DNA of 64,000 bases from Monocercomonoides exilis PA203. Taxonomy: Eukaryota; Protista; Preaxostyla. Position numbers and translations under genes: made by a program. Every line of letters starts with the position of its first letter. Within the stretch, counting starts at the first letter, position 1. Below the pieces are notes generated by a model. It was not told where the DNA came from. It made no database searches and worked only from the letters and a program-made list of their open reading frames with translations. Shown here piece after piece: positions 58,568-64,000 of the stretch. The stretch is from positions 1 through 64,000 of the forward strand of contig LSRY02000058.1 in assembly GCA_001643675.2 (NCBI GenBank). The letters run 5' to 3'.

Positions 58568-60092
58568 TCAAATATTCACAAAATAATCAGAAATATTCAA
58601 TGATAACATTAAATGAAAATTTGCGTTTTGAAAATCAATTGTTCCATAAAAGCTTGCGATTGTATCTTCGTGTCCTTCTTCTTCCATCTTTTCAAATACC
58701 TTTCTGTTCATCTCTTTTCTTTTCACTTCTTCCATTTCATCATCCGTCTTTCCTTCCAATCTTCCTGAAATTGCTAAAACAGTATCCAAGCAATAACGCA
58801 CATTTTCATCTTCTAATGTTGGCTGATAAAGTTCTTCAAAAACAACATCAATTGCCCCTCCTTTCAACAAATCATCATTTTTCACAGGCTCGCTTCTTGC
58901 TGCAAATCTAAGGAAATCAATGCATTCGCCGCAAATTCCTCTATGAATATCCTTTGCTGCTCGATATAATTCAACAATGCTGCCTATGAACCTAATAAAT
59001 TCTTCATTCCGCAATTTGCATTGGGATATGTTTTCCATAATTATATCAAACCATCTCAAGATTACAATCTCTTCTTTCGCTTCTTTTCCTCTTCTTTCCT
59101 CTTCTTTCTCTTTCTTCCAATTCACATTTCTTGTCAACTCTTCCAGTTCCTTTATTGCCTCTCTCACAAAATGCAGCTCATTCACAATTACAGCTTCCAA
59201 ATTTTTATCTTTATCAAACCTGTTCATCAAAAACTGCCAAGCAGACTGATAAGCAAGTCGTGTCAGATTGTGATGTTCTTGGTGATGTTGGATAATATCT
59301 TTGATCTCATTCAGATACAATTCCTCTGATATTTCCTTGTAAAAAAAAATAAAAATAAAAACCAGAAAATTAAATAAAATTGGACAATAATCACATACAC
59401 AATATCCATAGCCGTTCAATGCAAGTAAGGCCATTTCCACTTCTTCCTTTGCTTCTTCGTTTTCTTCCTTGTTTGATGCTGCTTTCATAATACATGGTAG
59501 GCAAATTGATATCAATTTCGATGATGTGGAAAAGCTGACTGAAAGACACCATTTGCAAAGATCAATTAGAAGCTTTTCATCCTTTTTTTCTTTTTTCCAA
59601 TCTTCTTCAACAATCATCTCCCGGATTCTTTGGCTCAGTTCAGAAAATTCAAAAGAATAATACCAAGCGTTTTTCAACTCTATCCAATACGCAACACGTT
59701 TTATCAACATCCGAACATTTTCCATTCGGATTTTCTTCTCTTCAATCATTTCATCGATTTTGTTAAACAGTTCTTTTGTGAAAACGGATAGAAATTCTTC
59801 TCTGCGCATGTCTTCCATAATTTTATTCATTTCTAGGATTTTCTGTTTCTGTTCATTCTCATTGCAATTTTCCACTTTATGAAATATTTCTTTAATAAAA
59901 ATTGAAAAAGAAATATAAAAAAAAATTTTTTTTTCCCCCAAAGTATTGAAAGTTCAATCAAGAAAAAAAAATGCTCGAACTTGTAAACTTTTCTGTAAGC
60001 TCTGTCTTCAATTCTCCTTCTTCTTTGTCATCACAATCTTCTTCTTCTTCCTTTTCTTCTTTAACGCTACAGACCGAACTTACTTCGTTCAT
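58568..60092 (-). CDS. Paralogue of the same family; introns 59890-59980 and 59336-59398
   Basis: Same motifs and same intron positions as 55252-56718. Confidence 0.8.
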
Positions 60093-62299
60093 TATGTGTT
60101 CTGGGAAAATGAAAGGAATGCTAAATATACAACAAGTTAATCAACAAATACAAACATCTTTATTTATCTCCAGGATAGAAAGTTAACAGTGCTGCAACAA
60201 ATGCTATGCTTTATATCAATCGGAAGCAAAAATGAGAAAGGAAGAATAAATGAATTTGCTTGCTGCAAACAAGAATTTATCCAATTTTTTTCTTGTTGAT
60301 CGAACCAACAGATAATTTATGGGAGATAATTTCTGACAAAAGTCATTTTCTTTTTGAAACAACATCTTTCCAATTTTGGAAATATTATTTCTATTTCATT
60401 GAAAAGGATAAATGTTCGGCCACTGACATTTTAAAGAAAAAAAGGTGTTTTTTTCTAATAGCGAAGCTGATTTTGATTGAAGGCAAATACAACAACGGTT
60501 TGTTTGCTTTAAGAATTTTGCAATTATTTTTATCCTTTCTTTTTCATTTCCAATTTTAAGATCATTCACAAGCTTACAGAAGAAGAAAGAATTGATTTGG
60601 CTAATATTAATACTGATTTTATTCAAAAGAATGCGATTCAACAGCAGGTGAAATACCAGAAGAGAAAGGAAAATCACTTTCAAAGCGAAACAAGCAATAA
60701 ATGCAAACATGCGAAGGATGGCTCCAGCACCAAAGATTTGCAGATTCATAATTGATGAAGCAACAACAACAACTGCAAACCATTTTCTTTGGTGTTTGTC
60801 AAAAGCTTTTAATTGCAAAAGCCATTTGATTTCAATTGAATGAAGATTGGATGTGGAAGTTAAAATAACCAATCTTCCAAGATGGATTCATCTTTGATTC
60901 AAAAGAGCAAACCTTTTTTTTTTCCATTCAGTTGCCAACGGTGGTGATGATATGAAAAAGAAATAAAATCAAGCGGATAATTCGTGTTGTTTCCATCAGA
61001 ACGAAGAGAGAGATTTTCTCATTTTTTATTGCTCAAAATGCCCTTCAGTGTCAAAGTAATCTTCTTTGAGCCAGTCAGAAATTCTTCTTTGGACTTCAAT
61101 GTCCACATCTGAAATCGATTGCATTAAAAAAGCGAAAGGATACCCATTCAAATACGTTATCACTCCTTTATTTTTCTGAAAGCTTCATAATTATTGAAGC
61201 GTTGTAGGTTCATATGCCTCAACTGTTAAGACGAGAAAGAGATGCAGAAGCGCTTTTTGAAGAAATACCAGAAGCAGATTGATGTTTCATTTTTCTTCAC
61301 ATTTATCGCATTCATCCAATTCTCGCGGAGAAATCAAATACAAATATCCTCAAAAACCATTTCTTTTTATTTCGAACTCAACATTCTTCTAGTCAATCAA
61401 CGGAAAGATTCCATTCTTTTTTCCTCAGCCATTTTTCACCAAACACTCATCAATAACATTGGAATCAACTTCATTCGTTTTCTCTCCTCTTTTTCTGTTT
61501 CGAAGAAAGGATGAGAGAAAATACAAATAGCAGAGAATAAAAGGCATAAGCCAATTTGCACAAGATCATTATAACTGCAGAAATGAGGACGCATTGTGAA
61601 AAGTTCATTTCTATCGGAATCTTTTGAACATGAATTATTTTCTGCTGTTATGGAAATGAACGAAGCATAGAGTTGGTTCCTTATCTTCAGCATTCTTTCA
61701 ATTTCTTCTTCCTCTTCTTCTTCCACAAATTTCATAATTCCTCTCTCTTCCTCGAGTTCCTCATTCATCTCCAAACCATCTGTCGATATTTGCACCTGTT
61801 CCACATCTTTCCTCACTTCATCTGAACAACCATCTGAAGTTATCTCCAAAGACCCATCTGCTGCTTCTTCTTCTGCTCTTGATATCTCCTCTTGGATGCC
61901 ATCGGATGGAGAAGAACTACACAATTCTGGTTCTTCTGAATGCTGCTTGTCTGCACCCGCCTCAGCCTCTGCCTTCACAAACCTCAGCCGACTCAGCCCA
62001 AGCGCCTCCACAGCCAGAGGTGCCATCGCTTCTTCCAGCTTCCCCTGTTTCTCTTTGATTCTCTCCACAAACTTTCTGTGCGCTGTCGGATACCAGCCTT
62101 TCTCCTCATTCCCATCACCTCCCTCTCTCCCTCCATCTTTGCCTCCATCTTCTTCTCCCTTTTCTTCTCCCTCTTCACCATTCCCATTTCCTTCCTCCAC
62201 CTCTTCTCTCCCATCTAGCATCGCCAGAGCAATCGCTTCTGGAAATAGAACCACATCCTCCATCCTCAGCCCCGCAGCCAGCATTCCCTTCTCCACAAT

Positions 62300-63060
62300 C
62301 TCCCCCGCTTCACACAATGCAACCATTCGCCCCATCACTTCGTCTTCCAGCTTTACCACCACACGCATCGAATGCGGTGATAGTCATATCTGCAGCGACG
62401 GGCCAAACAGGTTACAGATCGAGAGGAACGCATTCACATCTGCCGCTGCAAAGATCCGCTTGCTCCCCGACTTCGTGCCCACCGACGCTGCAAGCGAAGG
62501 AAGCGGCGCCACCAGCGGAACCGAAAGCATCGCCGAAAGCGCCACATCGTATGCACACACAACACCCCCATACAGCACCCCCCGCCGAGCCACAACATAT
62601 CCCCGCAGCGTCTGCAGTGCCCGTGGCGACAGCAGCCTGTGCCGCCCATACACCCCAGCTGCCTCTGGCACCACAATCCGCAGCCGCCTCTCGATATCGT
62701 CCATCGCTCCTGCCGACGAGTATGATGCAGCCACTGCCGAGGCATCTGAATGGTCAATTGAAGTAGCTGATGAAGAAGATGATGGCTGATCATCTTCTGC
62801 TGCCTTCTTCTCTTCACTTCTCCGCCTCCGGAATGGCGAAGTTGATCGGAGGGCTGCTCCAGTTGAAGAAGACGATGAAGACGATGAAGACGAAGGCGCC
62901 GAGCGAAGAAAGAACTACTGTACTTCGAAGGAAACAAGAAGCTTTTTCAGACACCCCACCACGTCTGCAGGCAGCTCCATCGGTGACGCAAACGCAATAT
63001 CCATATTCGGATCAGAAAGATCAACCAGTAGAGAAAGCTCGCTGTTTTCAAGTGGAGGGA
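62300..63060 (-). pseudogene. IQCH: IQCH-like (ATP-grasp-like) gene fragment, disrupted and joined to unrelated acidic sequence running to about 61000
   Basis: DPNMDIAFASPMELPADVV..KKLL, RLRIVVPEA, LLSPRALQTLR, YDVALSAMLSVPL, TKSGSKRIFAAADV resemble recalled IQCH motifs (RFKIITPEA, YSPKAIKRI, STKSGGKRVF); stops at 62915 and 62384. Confidence 0.6.
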
Positions 63061-64000
63061 AAAGGATGGAAAAAAGTTTCTTCAGGTGAGGAGTTGAAAT
63101 GAGAAGAAAAAAGGGAAGAAGGAGCAAAATCAATGAAAACTAAATTAATCGATTCGTCAAGCATCAAGCGAATTTATTGAGAGAAAAATGAAAAGAAATA
63201 TTTAGAAATGGAGTGTGCTGTAATTACTATTATTTGTTCATTCTGTTGGATTAAGGCAAAAAATCCACAGCTGCCTTGAGGCATCAGAAAATTTCACAAA
63301 ATGTTTGCCATTCCAACCTCAAAATCAAAAGTCTGTGAAGCTCCAATTCCAGATGAAAGAAACATTCGCTGGATTTGGGTAAGTTTTATTTCCTATCTTT
63401 ATTTTCCATTCGAAAAACAGACATTTTCATTTTCTGAATAAAACATCATTGTTCAACAAGTTTATTAGTTTCTTCTTCGTTTCCATTTTCATTTCTGGAT
63501 CAGATGCAAAACGCGAAGAAAATTAATCAGATAACGTGAATGAAGAAGAGGATAATGAAGATAAAGAGGAAGAAGATGATGATTGATGGGATTAGAACTG
63601 AAATCGAAGGCACAGCTGCACGAAAACATAAAAGTCAATGAATTCCTTGGAGATGAAGATGAGAGTGGACGAGAATGAATGGAATGAGATGGATGTGTTG
63701 ATGCGACAATTTAGAAGAGGTGCAAAATTGTCGATGTTCATTGGAAGATGCTGATGTCGCTGGTGATGGTGAAGCTGCAATGGAACCTTTTACAATTTAA
63801 ATAAAAAAACCGATGTGAAATGCGAAAATAGAGAAGCGAAGCACTGCAATGAATTTGGAAGATGGCACATGAAGAATATTCGAATAAGTGAACAATTTTT
63901 AGTTAATTTGATTCCTAACTTGATCCTGAATTTGACAAACTTCGAATGATAATCATATTGTTTGCACATAATGGATAGAACTTCGAAGAATGAAACCTAG

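Overview
AT-rich eukaryotic genomic DNA with short GT-AG introns, poly-Ser/poly-Glu low-complexity genes and apparently the standard genetic code. The gene families suggest the oxymonad Monocercomonoides (inference from recalled family style, not a database result). Host genes: a very divergent retinoblastoma-family (pocket A+B) gene at the left edge, a giant SWIM plus U1-type zinc-finger gene, an inverted pair of lineage-specific paralogues, an IQCH-like pseudogene, fragments of a beta-helix surface-protein family and two tRNA-Phe copies. The middle of the window is a DNA-transposon graveyard: one intact intron-containing Merlin/IS1595-type element with TIRs and an 8-bp TSD, a second complete but dead Merlin nested in a TA-flanked TIR element, relics of IS630/Tc1, mariner, pogo and hAT, a ~255-bp AWWT-flanked MITE family, and a 2-kb inverted duplication. 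The best candidate for a new system is the 6.4-kb element at 5656-12078. It has ~605-bp nested-palindromic TIRs and encodes a Sola-like DDD transposase with a complete USP (C19) deubiquitinase domain inserted inside it. A few nucleotides after its final stop codon lies a strand-specific ~145-nt RNA fold with a cUUCGg hairpin and two predicted pseudoknots.
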